A program made the translations under genes and the position numbers. 64,000 nucleotides of DNA from an uncultured Acidobacteriota bacterium (GTDB lineage Bacteria; Acidobacteriota; Thermoanaerobaculia; Multivoradales; UBA5704): the NCBI GenBank assembly GCA_963770895.1, contig CAVYRF010000002.1:1088001-1152000 (forward strand). The letters are read 5' to 3'. This document shows positions 20,133 through 31,426 of the stretch, piece by piece (positions within the stretch are counted from its first letter, which is position 1; each line of letters starts with the position of its first letter). The notes beneath the pieces are model-generated. The model made no database searches, had not been told where the DNA came from, and saw only the letters and a program-made list of their open reading frames with translations.

Positions 20133-21555
20133 CCGGCTCTCCGTGCGTGGTCAGGCGGGTGCCGGCGGCGAGCAGCGCGTGGACCGCGCTCGCGAACACC
20201 TCGCCGCGGTGGGCGAAATTGCGGAACTGGTCGAAGCTGGCACAGGCCGGCGACAGCACCACAGCGTCGCCCGCCGTGGCATACCCCGCCGCCGCCGCCG
20301 CCGCCTCCTCCAGCGTGCCGCTGCGCTCGATCGGCGCGGCGCCGGCCAGCGCCTGCTCGATCTCGCCCGCCGCTTCGCCGATCAGGTACACGCGGCGCGC
20401 CTTGCGGTGCACGATCGGCGCCAGTGGCGCGAAGTCGGCGCCCTTGTTGCGGCCGCCCAGGATGAGGTGCACCGTGCCGTCGGCAAAGCCTTCCAGGGAC
20501 TTTTGCGTGGCGGCCGGGTTGGTGCCCTTGGAATCGTCGTACCAGGCGACGCCGCCCGCCGCCGCCACCTGGCGCATGCGGTGCGGCAGCCCGCTGAAGC
20601 CGGCAAGCCCGCGGCGCAGCGCCGCGGTGTCCGCTCCCAGGGCGCGGGCCAGGAGCGCCGCGGCCATGGCGTTTTCCAGGTTCTGCACCCCGGCCAGCGG
20701 CACGTCGGAAGCGGCGAACAGCACGGTCGGCGGGGCGCCCGGAGCGACCTCGATCACCTCGCCGCCGGCCAGGTAGCAGCCGTCGGCGACGGCGCCGCTG
20801 CGGGAGAAGAGGCGGCGCCGCACTCCCGGCGCCAGCTCGACGCCCGGCGTCGCGGCCGGCGGCGGCGCCGCGAGCGCCGCGGTGACCGGGTCGTCGGCGT
20901 TGAGGATCGCGACGTCGCCGCGGGCCTGGCGGCGGAACAGCCGGCTCTTGGAGGCGGCGTAGGCGGCCAGGCTGCCGTAGCGGTCCAGGTGGTCCTCGGT
21001 CAAGTTGAGGAACGCCGCGGCACGCGGGCGGAAGGTGTCCAGGCCGTCGATCTGGAAGCTCGACAGCTCCACCACGAACGTCCGCCCCGCCGGGCCGTCC
21101 ACTTTGCCGGCCAGCGGTTCGCCGATGTTGCCGCAGACCTCGACCTGACGGCCGGCGGCGGCCAGCAGGGCGCCGGTCAGGGCGGTGGTGGTGCTCTTGC
21201 CGTTGGTGCCGGTGATCGCCACCACCGGCCCGTCCAGCAGCGGAAACGCCAGCTCGACCTCGGCCAGCACCGGCAGCCCCAGCCGCAGGGCCGCGGCCAG
21301 CAGCGGCCGGTCGGGCGGCACGCCGGGCGACACCACCACGCCGTCGACCTCCGCCAGCGGCGCGGAACCTGGAGCGGGCAGTACCTGGAAGCGCGGGTCG
21401 GCGGCCAGGTCGCCGGGGTCGGCGCCGGCGCGGTCGTCCACCGCCACCACCGCCACGCCGCGCGACAGCAGCAGGCGCGCCGCGGCGCGGCCGGAAAGGC
21501 CCAGGCCGTACACCAGGACCCGCTCGAAGCGGCCGCTGCCCCAGGGGACGTTCAT
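20110..21555 (-). CDS. murD: UDP-MurNAc-L-Ala--D-glutamate ligase
   Basis: [39 protein letters not shown]; ATG overlaps the mraY stop. Confidence 0.97.
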   Translation of the reverse strand: MNVPWGSGRFERVLVYGLGLSGRAAARLLLSRGVAVVAVDDRAGADPGDLAADPRFQVLPAPGSAPLAEVDGVVVSPGVPPDRPLLAAALRLGLPVLAEVELAFPLLDGPVVAITGTNGKSTTTALTGALLAAAGRQVEVCGNIGEPLAGKVDGPAGRTFVVELSSFQIDGLDTFRPRAAAFLNLTEDHLDRYGSLAAYAASKSRLFRRQARGDVAILNADDPVTAALAAPPPAATPGVELAPGVRRRLFSRSGAVADGCYLAGGEVIEVAPGAPPTVLFAASDVPLAGVQNLENAMAAALLARALGADTAALRRGLAGFSGLPHRMRQVAAAGGVAWYDDSKGTNPAATQKSLEGFADGTVHLILGGRNKGADFAPLAPIVHRKARRVYLIGEAAGEIEQALAGAAPIERSGTLEEAAAAAAGYATAGDAVVLSPACASFDQFRNFAHRGEVFASAVHALLAAGTRLTTHGEPDGEKTGV

Positions 21556-22637
21556 CGCAGTTTGAGGGTGGAGAGCGACAGCAGGGCGAACAGGATGGAG
21601 AGGATCCAGAAGCGCACGATGACCTTCGGCTCGGCCCAGCCGGACAGCTCGAAGTGGTGGTGCAGCGGCGCCATGCGCAGGACCCGCCGGCCGCGCAGCT
21701 TGAAGGATCCCACCTGCACGATGACCGACAGCGCCTCCAGCACGAAGAGGCCGCCGACCAGGATCAGCAGCAGCTCCTGCTTGGCGATGACCGCGACGCT
21801 GCCGATGGCGGCGCCGAGCGACAGCGATCCGACGTCGCCCATGAAGACTTCCGCCGGATGGGAGTTGAACCACAGGAAGCCCAGCCCGGCGCCGACCAGC
21901 GCGCCGCAGAAGACCGACACTTCGCCCACCCCCTGCACGTAGGAGATCTGCAGGTAGTTGGCGATCACCCGGTTGCCGGCCACGTAGGTGAACAGGGCAT
22001 AGGTGGCGGCGGCCACCGTGGTGGCGCCGATCGCCAGCCCGTCCAGGCCGTCGGTCAGGTTGACGGCGTTGGACGCCCCGACCAAAACCAGCACCACGAA
22101 GGGGATGTAGAAGTACCAGAGGTCCGGGCGCAGCTGCTTGAAGAACGGAAACGACAGCGTGGTGCTGAAGGCGTGCTCCTGCGGCAGCAGCAGCAGCGCG
22201 CAGCCCATGCAGGTAGCCGCCGCCACCTGCAGCCAGAACTTGGCGCGCGCGGTCAGCCCCAGGTTGCGATGGCGGCGCACCTTGAGAAAATCGTCGGCAA
22301 AGCCGATGGCGCCAAAACCGGTGGTCACCAGCACCACCACCCACACGTAGAAGTTGGTCAGGTTGGCCCACAGCAGCGTCGCCACCAGCACCGCGAACAA
22401 GATCAGCAGGCCGCCCATGGTCGGCGTGCCGGCCTTCACCTGGTGCGCCTGCGGCCCCACGTCGCGAATGTTCTGGCCGACCGCCAGGCGGCGCAGGCTG
22501 CGGATGAACCAGGGCCCCAGGAACCAGCACAGCAGAAGCGCCGTGACGATCGCCCCCGCGCCGCGGAAGGTGATGTAGCGGAACACGTTGAACACCGGCA
22601 CGCGGGTGCGCAGCGGATAGAGGAGATGGTAGAGCAC
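21552..22637 (-). CDS. mraY: Phospho-N-acetylmuramoyl-pentapeptide transferase
   Basis: [34 protein letters not shown]; GTG start at 22637. Confidence 0.98.
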   Translation of the reverse strand: MLYHLLYPLRTRVPVFNVFRYITFRGAGAIVTALLLCWFLGPWFIRSLRRLAVGQNIRDVGPQAHQVKAGTPTMGGLLILFAVLVATLLWANLTNFYVWVVVLVTTGFGAIGFADDFLKVRRHRNLGLTARAKFWLQVAAATCMGCALLLLPQEHAFSTTLSFPFFKQLRPDLWYFYIPFVVLVLVGASNAVNLTDGLDGLAIGATTVAAATYALFTYVAGNRVIANYLQISYVQGVGEVSVFCGALVGAGLGFLWFNSHPAEVFMGDVGSLSLGAAIGSVAVIAKQELLLILVGGLFVLEALSVIVQVGSFKLRGRRVLRMAPLHHHFELSGWAEPKVIVRFWILSILFALLSLSTLKLR

Positions 22638-22638
22638 C

Positions 22639-24285
22639 CTAAGCCTCCCCACCGCGGCGCGGCGCGCCAGAGGGGCCGGCCGGGCCAGCCGGAGCGTGGA
22701 GGTCCGCGCCCGCAAGGACGTGGGTGTCCGGCACCGGCCGGTCCGGCGCCGGCGGCTCGATCAGCCGCCGCACCACCCGGTCCAGGCCGATGCCGCGCGA
22801 GGCCTTGACCAGCACCACGTCGCCGGGCCGTGCGGCGGTTGCCGCCCAATCGGCCGCCGCCGCGGCATCGGGGTACCACGCCGCGGCGACACCCGCTTCG
22901 CGGGCGCCGTCCGTGAGGTGCCGCGCCAGCTCGCCCACCCCCACCACCAGGCCGTAGCCCAGGCGCACCGCCTCACGCCCCCCCTCGCGGTGGAAGCGCG
23001 GCCCTTCCGGGCCCAGCTCCAGCATGTCGCCCAGCACCGCCACGCGCCGCGCGCCCGCCAGCTGCGCCGCGGCGGCCAGGGCCTTGCCCAGGGCGTCGGG
23101 ATTGGAGTTGTAGCTGTCGTCGATCACCGTCAGCTGGCCGTCCTGCCGCCGCACCTGGTGCACCACGCCGCGGCCGGCGGCCGGCGCCGCGGTTTCGACC
23201 GCCGCCGCGATCTCCGCCAGCGGCACCCCCAAGGCGTGGGCGCAGGCGGCCGCGGCCAGGCAATTTTCGACGTTGTACAGCCCGTGCAGCGGCAGCCGCA
23301 CCTGGCACTCCGCGCCGCCGGCGGCCAGCACGAAACGGCTGCCCAGGCCGCCGGCGCCGGCGACCAGGTCGCGCGCCGCGACGTCCACCGGCAGCCCCTT
23401 GGCGGCCGCTTCGATGCCGTACCAGACGATCCGCCGTGCGGGCGCGGGCGCGCCGGCCGCGGGCGCCGCCGCCGGGCGGGGCTCGACCGCCCGGCGGGCG
23501 ATGCGCGCCACCTCGGGGTCGTCGGCGTTGGCGATCACCAGGCCGTCCGGGGCCAGACCGGCCAGCAGCTCGGCCTTGGCTTCGGCGATGCCGCGCAGAC
23601 CGTCGAACGCCGCCAGGTGCGCCGGCCGCACGACGGTGAACAGGGCGACGTCCGGCCGCCCCAGCAGCGACAGCTGGCGCAGCTCGCCGGCGGTGGACAT
23701 CCCCATTTCGGCCACCATCCATTCGGCGTCGTCGGGCACGTTCAGCAGCGCCAGCGGAAAACCGTACAGGTTGTTGAAGTTGCCCGGACTGCGCGCGACC
23801 CGGAAGCGGCGCGCCAGCATCGCCGCCAGCAGCTCCTTGGTGGTGGTCTTGCCCGCCGAGCCGGTGATGCCGATCAGCCGCCGCGGCACCCGCCGGCGCA
23901 CGTCGCGCGCCAGGGCGTGCAACGCCGCAAAGGTGTCGGCCACCTGGATCACCACCGGTTCGTCCGGCGCGACGGCCCGCGGCACCGCCGGCGTCGCCGC
24001 AGCCGGCGCGGCTAGTTCCGGCATCGCCGCCATCGCCGCCAGCGGCGGCCAGCTGGCCGCCGTCGCGGCCAGGTCCTGCACCACGGCGCCGGCGGCGCCG
24101 CGGCGGAAGGCGTCGCCGACAAAGCGGTGACCGTCGTCGTGGGCGCCGGTGAAGGCGAAGAACAGCTCGCCGCCGCGCACCGCCCGCGAATCGATGGCGG
24201 CGCCGGCCAGGCGGGCACCGGGATCGCCCGCCACCAGCCTGCCGCCGGCAACCGCCGCGGCCGTGGCCGCCTCCAGGCTAGCCAA
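22639..24285 (-). CDS. murF: UDP-MurNAc-tripeptide--D-Ala-D-Ala ligase
   Basis: [39 protein letters not shown]; TTG start at 24285. Confidence 0.96.
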   Translation of the reverse strand: MASLEAATAAAVAGGRLVAGDPGARLAGAAIDSRAVRGGELFFAFTGAHDDGHRFVGDAFRRGAAGAVVQDLAATAASWPPLAAMAAMPELAAPAAATPAVPRAVAPDEPVVIQVADTFAALHALARDVRRRVPRRLIGITGSAGKTTTKELLAAMLARRFRVARSPGNFNNLYGFPLALLNVPDDAEWMVAEMGMSTAGELRQLSLLGRPDVALFTVVRPAHLAAFDGLRGIAEAKAELLAGLAPDGLVIANADDPEVARIARRAVEPRPAAAPAAGAPAPARRIVWYGIEAAAKGLPVDVAARDLVAGAGGLGSRFVLAAGGAECQVRLPLHGLYNVENCLAAAACAHALGVPLAEIAAAVETAAPAAGRGVVHQVRRQDGQLTVIDDSYNSNPDALGKALAAAAQLAGARRVAVLGDMLELGPEGPRFHREGGREAVRLGYGLVVGVGELARHLTDGAREAGVAAAWYPDAAAAADWAATAARPGDVVLVKASRGIGLDRVVRRLIEPPAPDRPVPDTHVLAGADLHAPAGPAGPSGAPRRGGEA

Positions 24286-25780
24286 AGCGCTCCTCCAGGG
24301 CGCGGCCCAGCTCGTCCGCGTCGGAAAAGGGGAGCTTGCGGTCGCCCAGGATCTGCTCGCGCTCGTGGCCCTTGCCGGCCACCAGCACGATCCAGCCGGG
24401 ACCGGCGGCGTCCACCGCGGCACGGATCGCGGCGCGGCGGTCGGGCAGCAGGCGGTAGCTGGTGTTGCCGCTCTCCTTCACACCGGCTTCGACCGCGGTG
24501 ATGATCGCCAGGGGGTCTTCGCCGCGCGGGTTGTCGGAGGTGACGATCGCCAGGTCGGCCAGCTCGCCGGCGATGCGGCCCATGGTCGCCCGCTTGCCCG
24601 GATCGCGCTCGCCGCCGCAGCCGAACACCACCGCCACCTTGCCGCCGCCGGCGACCTCGCGCACCGCCGCCAGGGCCGCGGCCAGCGCCGCGTCGGTGTG
24701 CGCGTAATCGACGAACACCGCGAACGGCTGGCCGTGCTCGATCGGCTGCATGCGGCCGGGGATGGGGCCGCGCGCGGCGATGCCGCGGGCGATCGCCGCG
24801 TGCGGCAGCGACAGGGCTTCGGCCGCCGCCGCCGCCGCCAGCAGGTTTTCCAGGTTGTAGCGGCCGACCAGCGGCGAGGCGAAGGGGAGCGGCCCGCGCG
24901 GCGTGGCGAAGACGCCGGTGATGCCGCGGGCGCCCAGCGTCACGTCCCGCGCCTGCACGTCGCCGCCGGCGCCGAAGGTGAGCGCCGCCGGCAGCTGGGC
25001 GGCCAGGCGGCGGCCGTAGGGGTCGTCCACGTTGACCACCGCGCGCCCCTGCGGCTTGAGCTGCATGAACAGGCGCCGCTTGGCCGCGAAGTAGTCCTCC
25101 ATGTCGCGGTGGTAGTCCAGGTGGTCGCGGGTGAGGTTGGTGAACACCGCGACGTCGAACAGGGCGCCCGCCACCCGCCCCATGCCCAGCGCGTGCGAGG
25201 AGACCTCCATGGCCGCCGCGCGCGCACCGGCGTCGCGCATGGCGCGCAGGATGCGGTAGAAGTCGGACGCCTCGGGCGTGGTGTGGCCGCCGCCGAAGCG
25301 CTGCTCGCCGAAGTGCGGGCCCAGCGTGCCCAGAAAGCCGGCCGGCAGCCCCGCGGCGTCCAGCAGGGCGGCCAGCAGCAACGCCACGGTGGTCTTGCCG
25401 TTGGTGCCGGTGACGCCGGCCATCACCAGGTCGCGATCGGGATGCCCGTAGACCTCCGCCGCCAGCGCCGCCATGCCGGCCCGCGGCGCGGCCAGCTCCA
25501 GCCACTGCACGCTCGGCGCCGCGGCCCGCTGCGCCTGGCTCGGCGGCGCCCCCGCCACCGCCACGGCGCCGGCCGCGATCGCCGCCGCGGCAAAATCCCA
25601 GCCGTCGAACCGCTGCCCGGCCAGCGCCACGTACAGGTCGCCCGGCGCGACGCGGCGCGAGTCGTGGCCGATGCCGGTGACGATCGGATCGCCCGCATCG
25701 CCGGCCGCGCCCGGCAGAGCGGGAGGATGCAACGGCCCGACGGCCCCGGCCAGCCGGGCCGCCAGCTCAGAGAGCCGCAT
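24278..25780 (-). CDS. murE: UDP-MurNAc-dipeptide--meso-DAP ligase
   Basis: TGTNGKTT, MEVSSH, DYAHT, DNPR (mDAP-specific), AGKGHE. Confidence 0.97.
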   Translation of the reverse strand: MRLSELAARLAGAVGPLHPPALPGAAGDAGDPIVTGIGHDSRRVAPGDLYVALAGQRFDGWDFAAAAIAAGAVAVAGAPPSQAQRAAAPSVQWLELAAPRAGMAALAAEVYGHPDRDLVMAGVTGTNGKTTVALLLAALLDAAGLPAGFLGTLGPHFGEQRFGGGHTTPEASDFYRILRAMRDAGARAAAMEVSSHALGMGRVAGALFDVAVFTNLTRDHLDYHRDMEDYFAAKRRLFMQLKPQGRAVVNVDDPYGRRLAAQLPAALTFGAGGDVQARDVTLGARGITGVFATPRGPLPFASPLVGRYNLENLLAAAAAAEALSLPHAAIARGIAARGPIPGRMQPIEHGQPFAVFVDYAHTDAALAAALAAVREVAGGGKVAVVFGCGGERDPGKRATMGRIAGELADLAIVTSDNPRGEDPLAIITAVEAGVKESGNTSYRLLPDRRAAIRAAVDAAGPGWIVLVAGKGHEREQILGDRKLPFSDADELGRALEERFG

Positions 25781-27812
25781 CGCGACCGCCTCCCCGGACG
25801 CCGACGCCACGGTGCGGCGCGCCGGCAGGCACCGCGGCCGGCGCCGGTTGCGGCGGCGGCGCCACCGCGGCCGCCGGGCGCATGCCGTGCCGCGCCTCGA
25901 CCAGCGGCGGCGGCGCCGGCGTGGACGCGGCTGCGGACGTGGCCAAAGGCGCGGGCGCGGATGCGGCCGGCGACTGCTGGTTGTGCCACAGATCGGGGAC
26001 GTCTTCGCCGGCCGAGTCGTCATCGCCTTCGGCGGCCGCCGCCCCGCCACGAGGACGACCGGCGGCGCTCGCCACGGCGGCCACCGCGCCGCCGCCGTGC
26101 ATCCCGGCCAGCGTCACCTGACCCGGCCACATGGCCGGCACCGGACGCGCCGGACGCACGCCCATGTAGAGCAGCACCTGGCGCACCAGGGTGCCGAACA
26201 CCGGGCCGGCGACCTGGGCGCCGTAGTACTCCATGCCCTGCGGCGTATCGACCGCGACGATGCCGACCAGCATCGGCCGCTCGGCGGGGGCAAAGCCGAC
26301 GAAGCTCGGCAGGTAGGCGTGGCGGGCGTAGCCGCCGGCGACCGGGATCTGCGCCGTGCCGGTCTTGCCGGCCACCTGGTAGCCCGCCACCGCGGCGCTC
26401 TTGCCGGTGCCGCTGGTCACCACCCGCTCCAGCAGCTGGCGCACCGCGTCGGCGGTTTCGGGCGAAACCGGATGGCCCATCACCTGCGGCCGCGGCCGGC
26501 GGCGCTCGACGGCCCCGCCGCGGCGCACGGTGTCCACCACGAAGGGTTGCAGCAGGCTGCCGCCGTTGGCCACCGCCGTCACCGCCGTCGCCAGCTGCAG
26601 CGGCGTCACCGAGATCCCCTGCCCGAAGGCGACGTAGGCCTTGGTCAGCGGCCCCCAATGCTCGATCGGATGCAGGATGCCGGCGCTTTCGCCCGGCAGG
26701 TCGATGCCGGTCTGACGGCCGAAGCCGAAGCCGACGATGGTGCGATACAGGCGCTCGCCGCCGATGATCAGCGCGGCGCGGATCACCCCCACGTTGCTCG
26801 ACTTGGCGATCACGTCGGAGAACGGCAGGATGCCGTAGCGCTTGTGATCGTGGATGGTGATGCCGTACAGGACGATGCTCCCCATGCCGCAGTCGAACGG
26901 GTCGTCGGCATGCACCAGGCCCGACTCCAGTGCCGCCGCCGCGGTGACGATCTTGAAGGTGGAGCCGGGTTCGTAGGCATCCATGATGGTGCGGTTGCGC
27001 CAGCTGCTCGCCGGATACCGTTCGAACTCGTTGGGATCGAAGGTGGGGAACGACGCCATCGCCAGCACCGCGCCGGTCGCGGGGTCCAGGAACACGGCGC
27101 TGCCGCGGCGCGCCTGCCGCTGCTCCACGACGCGCTGCAACTCCCGCTCCACGATGTGCTGCACCGCCGCGTCCAGGGTCAGGTACAGGTCGCCGCCCGG
27201 CTGCGGCTCGGTGAAGAACAGGTCGGGCGACTCCACGGTGCGGCGCCGCGCGTCGCGCAGCACCGTGCGCAGGCCCGGCTTGCCGGTGATCACCGCGTCG
27301 TACTGCTGTTCGAGACCGGAAAGGCCGTGGTTGTCGGTGCCGACGTAGCCCAGCACCTGCGAGGCCAGGTCGCGCATCGGGTAGTAGCGCTTGCTTTCGG
27401 CGACAAAATGGACGCCCGGCAGGTGCAGCCGCCGCAGCGCCGCCGCCACCGGCGGGTCCAGCTTGCGCGCCATCCAGATGAACTCGCGATCGCTCTCCAG
27501 CTGGCTTTCCAGGCGGGCGGCGTCGACGCCCGGACAGGTGTGGGCGACGGCGCGGGCGACGGCGGCGCGGTCGGCGATCTCCGCCGGCACGGCGAAGGCT
27601 GAATCCACTTCGACCGACACCGCCAGCTCACGGCCCACGGCGTCGTAGATCGTGCCGCGCGGCGGGTCCAGGCGCACCACGCGCTGCTGCTGCTGGTGCG
27701 CCTTGTGGACGTAGCGCTGGTGCTCCAGCACCTGCAGCTGGTAGAGCCGCAGGCTGATCGCGGCCACCCAGACGAGGCCCACCAGGAACACCACGTTCAG
27801 GCGTGACCTCAA
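25767..27812 (-). CDS. ftsI: Class B penicillin-binding protein (FtsI/PBP3)
   Basis: RGTIYD, KRYYP, EPGSTFK (SxxK), SSN, KTGT; Ala/Pro-rich tail. Confidence 0.95.
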   Translation of the reverse strand: MRSRLNVVFLVGLVWVAAISLRLYQLQVLEHQRYVHKAHQQQQRVVRLDPPRGTIYDAVGRELAVSVEVDSAFAVPAEIADRAAVARAVAHTCPGVDAARLESQLESDREFIWMARKLDPPVAAALRRLHLPGVHFVAESKRYYPMRDLASQVLGYVGTDNHGLSGLEQQYDAVITGKPGLRTVLRDARRRTVESPDLFFTEPQPGGDLYLTLDAAVQHIVERELQRVVEQRQARRGSAVFLDPATGAVLAMASFPTFDPNEFERYPASSWRNRTIMDAYEPGSTFKIVTAAAALESGLVHADDPFDCGMGSIVLYGITIHDHKRYGILPFSDVIAKSSNVGVIRAALIIGGERLYRTIVGFGFGRQTGIDLPGESAGILHPIEHWGPLTKAYVAFGQGISVTPLQLATAVTAVANGGSLLQPFVVDTVRRGGAVERRRPRPQVMGHPVSPETADAVRQLLERVVTSGTGKSAAVAGYQVAGKTGTAQIPVAGGYARHAYLPSFVGFAPAERPMLVGIVAVDTPQGMEYYGAQVAGPVFGTLVRQVLLYMGVRPARPVPAMWPGQVTLAGMHGGGAVAAVASAAGRPRGGAAAAEGDDDSAGEDVPDLWHNQQSPAASAPAPLATSAAASTPAPPPLVEARHGMRPAAAVAPPPQPAPAAVPAGAPHRGVGVRGGGRDAAL

Positions 27813-28156
27813 TGCTGCATCTCCTCCCAGAACACCACCTGGTCGAGCACCGGCGGCTGCATGCCGAGCTCGTGCACGGCCCGCTCTTCGATGCGCTGGG
27901 GGCTGGCCAGGTAGGAGGCCTCCAGCTGCAGCTGGCGCTCGATCTGCGACAAGTCGCGCAGCTGCCGCTCCAGCAGGTCGATGCGGTAGCCGGTGCGCAG
28001 CGACTCCAGGTGGATCCAGGTGTAGGCCAGCAGCCCGCCGCCCAAGGCCACGACGACCACCAGCACCACCGCCAGCTCGCGCACCAGGCGGCGGTCGCGC
28101 TCGCGCACCAGGTAGGCGTTCCGCACCGGCCGGCGGAAGGCATAGGCACTTCGCAC
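27809..28156 (-). CDS. ftsL: Cell division protein FtsL
   Basis: TM plus leucine zipper plus RIEERAVHELGM; between rsmH and ftsI; start uncertain. Confidence 0.85.
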   Translation of the reverse strand: MRSAYAFRRPVRNAYLVRERDRRLVRELAVVLVVVVALGGGLLAYTWIHLESLRTGYRIDLLERQLRDLSQIERQLQLEASYLASPQRIEERAVHELGMQPPVLDQVVFWEEMQH

Positions 28157-28160
28157 GGCG

Positions 28161-29177
28161 CTACAGCCTCCTGGCGGCACGCAACCGGGCCGAGCGCGAG
28201 CGGGGGTTCCACTCCACCTCGCCGGCGCTGGGCCGCACCGGCTTGCCGGTCAGGACTTCGATCAGCTGGCTTTCGGACAGCGGCCGGCCGGTCACCGGGT
28301 CGATGTCGCCACGCGCCAGGTCGCGCAGGGTGTTCTTGGCGATGCGGTCCTCCAGGCTGTGATACGAGATGACCACCAACCTGCCGTCGCTGGCCATCAT
28401 CTTGACCGCCTGGTCGAGCGCATGCTCCAGGCCGTCCAGCTCCTCGTTGACGGCGATGCGCAGCGCCTGGAACACCCGCGTCGCCGGGTCGATGCGGCCT
28501 TCGCGCGCCGCCGGGCCGCCGTGGCGCCGCTCGTGCACCTTGGCGCGGTCGACGATCCTCTTGAGCTCGCCGGTCGTGGCGATCGGCTTTTCCTCGCGTG
28601 CCGCGACGATCGCCCGCGCGATACGCCGTGCCTGCCGCTCTTCGCCGAAGTCTCTGAAGATCTTTTCCAAGTCGCCCTCCCGCATGTCGTTGACAAGGTC
28701 CGCCGCGGTCACCGCAGAGAGGCCCATGCGCATGTCCAGGGGGCCGTCGAGCCGGAAGCTGAAGCCGCGCTCGGGCGTGCCCAGCTGCATCGACGAGACG
28801 CCCAGGTCGAAGAGCGCGCCGGCAAGGGTGCCGCGCTGTACGCCGAGGTCCGCGAGCAGCGGACCGAGACCGTGGAAGTTGCCGTGGGCCAGCCGCACGC
28901 GGTCGCCGAAGGGAGCCAGCCGTGCCGCCGCCAGGCGCAGAGCGTCGGGATCGCGGTCGAGGCCGAGCAGGCGAGCGGCCGGGGCGCGGGCCAGCAGCGC
29001 TTCGGCGTGACCGCCCAGCCCGGCCGTGGCGTCCAGGAAGACGCCGCCGCGCTCGGGCGCCAGGAAGTCGAGCGTTTCGCGCAGCAGGACGGGCCGGTGC
29101 TCCGGCGGCGTCCTCGCCGGCTGCGCCGGCGCATCGAGGGGGAGGCCGTCATCGCTCAACGGTCCCCAGCCGGCCAC
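28161..29177 (-). CDS. rsmH: 16S rRNA m4C1402 methyltransferase
   Basis: HRPVLL, DATAGLGGH, DLGVSSMQL, ISYHSLEDR, NPRSRSARLR; exact start uncertain. Confidence 0.97.
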   Translation of the reverse strand: MAGWGPLSDDGLPLDAPAQPARTPPEHRPVLLRETLDFLAPERGGVFLDATAGLGGHAEALLARAPAARLLGLDRDPDALRLAAARLAPFGDRVRLAHGNFHGLGPLLADLGVQRGTLAGALFDLGVSSMQLGTPERGFSFRLDGPLDMRMGLSAVTAADLVNDMREGDLEKIFRDFGEERQARRIARAIVAAREEKPIATTGELKRIVDRAKVHERRHGGPAAREGRIDPATRVFQALRIAVNEELDGLEHALDQAVKMMASDGRLVVISYHSLEDRIAKNTLRDLARGDIDPVTGRPLSESQLIEVLTGKPVRPSAGEVEWNPRSRSARLRAARRL

Positions 29178-29189
29178 CAGCAGCGCGCA

Positions 29190-29630
29190 TCAGATGCCTC
29201 GCTCGCTGAGGGCTCGGAAGTCTTCTTCGGTGAAGGGTTGCTGCTCCAGACGGCGGGCGAAGCGCTCGCGGTTCCACACCACCAGGTGGTCGAGGTGGGC
29301 GCTGACCACCACGTCGCCGTTCATGTCGGCGCTCTCGCGCAGGATCTGCGGGATGAGCAGGCGGCCCTGGTTGTCCAGGCGGGATTGCTGGCCGAAATAG
29401 CTGGTGCGCTCCAGGAAGCGGGCCCGCACGCGGTCGATCGCCGGCATCGCCGCCAGGCGCCCTTCGATCTCCTCCCACACCGGCAGCGGGTAGAGCCAGG
29501 CCGAGTCGCCCTCGATCGAGGTGACGAACAGATCGGGGCCATAGCGCTCCTCGACCACGCGACGGAAATCCGTCGGGATCTTGAGCCTTCCCTTGTCGTC
29601 AATCTTGGCTGGAGCGCTTCCGCGAAACAT
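29190..29630 (-). CDS. mraZ: dcw transcriptional repressor MraZ
   Basis: MFRG..IDDKGRLKIP and LDNQGRLLIP repeats. Confidence 0.96.
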   Translation of the reverse strand: MFRGSAPAKIDDKGRLKIPTDFRRVVEERYGPDLFVTSIEGDSAWLYPLPVWEEIEGRLAAMPAIDRVRARFLERTSYFGQQSRLDNQGRLLIPQILRESADMNGDVVVSAHLDHLVVWNRERFARRLEQQPFTEEDFRALSERGI

Positions 29631-29672
29631 GGCCCCTTGCAATCTCCGAATGGTGCTACGTCCTGAAGCGCG

Positions 29673-29742
29673 ATCGTAGCAGTTGACTCCACTTTTGTCC
29701 ATTTTATCCCACTAAAACCCACTAGAACCCATCTGCACCCAT
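29673..29742 (-). promoter_or_regulatory. dcw promoter with six MraZ-binding boxes
   Basis: Minus-strand RTGG cores exactly 10 bp apart (plus strand CCAY at 29689, 29699, 29709, 29719, 29729, 29739); -35 TGGACA (29701-29696), 17-bp spacer, extended -10 TGc-TACGAT (29678-29673). Confidence 0.85.
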
Positions 29743-29856
29743 CGCAAACACGTCCGCACACCACCGCCGGCCACTGCCAGGGCGCTGTCGGACCGGTGGC
29801 GAACAAGGGGCTGGCCGGGAGCTGGGAACCGGGAGCGCGAGCTGCGGAAACGCAAG

Positions 29857-29915
29857 CAAGCCCGCGCCGCCCGAGCCCCGCGCTCAGCGGCGGGGGACGG
29901 ACGGCGGCGGGCTTG
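29857..29915 (-). terminator. Long imperfect GC hairpin after the PPIase gene, possible terminator
   Basis: CAAGCCCGC...GCGGGCTTG arms with further inner pairing; weak U-tail. Confidence 0.4.
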
Positions 29916-29950
29916 GGGTCAGGCGGACCGCGGCAAAGGCCGCGTCGTCG

Positions 29951-31426
29951 TTAGATGCCTGGCGGCGGCGGTGGCGGCGGCGTGGTGGACGGCGGCGTCA
30001 TCGGCGGCGCGGCGGGGGCGGTGGGCGAGGCCGGCCCACCCATCGCCGGCGCGGCAGGCGGCGCCGGCGGCGGGATCTTGAGCGGATCCGAGGGGGGCGC
30101 GCCCACCGGCTTTGGCGCCGGCACGCCGCCGGACTTCTGGTCGGAAGTGTCGATCGTGGTGGGATGGGTGCCGGTCATCGCCGGCTCGTCCGCCTTGGTG
30201 GCGGCGGCGGGGTTGGCCGGGGTGGGAGCCGACGACGACGCGCTGGGCGAGCTGCCGCCCGAGGTGATCCCCTGGATGGGCTGCGCGTCCTGGACGCCGA
30301 TCTTGCGGCGGAAATTGGCGGCTTCCTGCGGCGGGTCGGCCACCACCAGCGACCTGGTTTCAAGGTCGGCGATGTACTTGGTGCTCTCCTCCTGGTAGAG
30401 GCGGTTTTCTTCCATGTGCTGGATCTGCGTCTGCACCTCGGAGAAGGGTTTGACGTGCGCCGGATGGCGGTCGAGCAGCTGCACGATATGCAGGCCGCCG
30501 CGCGCCGTGATCGGATCGGACAGCGCATCCTTGCTCAACTTCCAGGCGGCGGCTTCCAGCGTCGGATCGAGATCCTTGGACGTCACCCAGCCCAGCTCGA
30601 TCACGCGGCTGGTCTGGCCCTTTTCGGCAAAGGGGGCGACGGCATCGGCCAGGCTCTTGCCACCGGCCACGGCCTGGCGGATCTGGCCGGCCACCTGATT
30701 GCGCTGGGGGTCCCCCAGGCCGCCTTCCTCCAGCACGACGACTTCGCGCAGCTGGACCTGCTCGGGCACTCCGAATTCCGCCTGGTTCTTGCGGTAGTAG
30801 CGCCGCAGATCCTCATCCTTGACCTTGATCTTGGCCTGCACCTCTTTGGTGACGACGTCGTGGATGCGGATGTTGCGGCGCGTCTGGGCGCGCAGCGCTT
30901 CCATGGTCAGGCCGTTTTGCCGCAGCGCCTGGCTGAGCTCTTCGTCGGTCTTGAAGCCGAAGTGCTGCTTCATTTCAGAGATCGATGCGTCGATCTCTTT
31001 TTCGGTGGCCTCGATCGCCAGCTGATCGGCGCGCGAGCTGAGCAGCAGCTCCTGGAACATGTCGCGGAAAACCGTGTCGGGGACGGACGCCAGTTCCTTC
31101 TGGCGCTCCGCCGCGTCCTGCACGCGATGGCGCACTTCGCGCTCCACGTCGTCGCGGCGCTGCTGGTAGTCGTACAGGGTGGCGATCTGGTCGTTGACCC
31201 GCAGCACGACGCGGTTGAGCGGGTCGGCCGCAAGCCGCGGCGGCGAGGTGAGCAGAGCCAGCGGCAGCGCCGACACGACGCAGAGCAGGCTGACGGCCGG
31301 CACCAGCCCGGCCGCGCGCCGCGCGGCCGGCCGGACGCTATCCAGGGGGTCGAGGCGGTGAGGCGGGAGGTGCGGAGAGGTGCTCCGAGGTCTCCTTGGA
31401 AGTCGGTTGGGATCGGCGGTTTTCAC
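29951..31426 (-). CDS. SurA-like chaperone/parvulin PPIase
   Basis: NRVVLRVNDQI N-domain, ELGWV..LEAAAW..SDPI..GLHIVQL rotamase domain; Pro-rich tail; start uncertain. Confidence 0.85.
   Translation of the reverse strand: MKTADPNRLPRRPRSTSPHLPPHRLDPLDSVRPAARRAAGLVPAVSLLCVVSALPLALLTSPPRLAADPLNRVVLRVNDQIATLYDYQQRRDDVEREVRHRVQDAAERQKELASVPDTVFRDMFQELLLSSRADQLAIEATEKEIDASISEMKQHFGFKTDEELSQALRQNGLTMEALRAQTRRNIRIHDVVTKEVQAKIKVKDEDLRRYYRKNQAEFGVPEQVQLREVVVLEEGGLGDPQRNQVAGQIRQAVAGGKSLADAVAPFAEKGQTSRVIELGWVTSKDLDPTLEAAAWKLSKDALSDPITARGGLHIVQLLDRHPAHVKPFSEVQTQIQHMEENRLYQEESTKYIADLETRSLVVADPPQEAANFRRKIGVQDAQPIQGITSGGSSPSASSSAPTPANPAAATKADEPAMTGTHPTTIDTSDQKSGGVPAPKPVGAPPSDPLKIPPPAPPAAPAMGGPASPTAPAAPPMTPPSTTPPPPPPPGI

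Noticed and set aside
20110-22530. Apparent 806-aa MurD, and extended forms of HemW, CsbD, the PPIases, HAD and the kinase fusion
   Set aside because: The N-terminal extensions are alternate-frame or antisense read-through of neighbouring genes; starts were reassigned
29689-29742. 10-bp periodic repeat as a CRISPR array or iterons
   Set aside because: No spacers and only 4-bp cores; position upstream of mraZ identifies them as MraZ boxes
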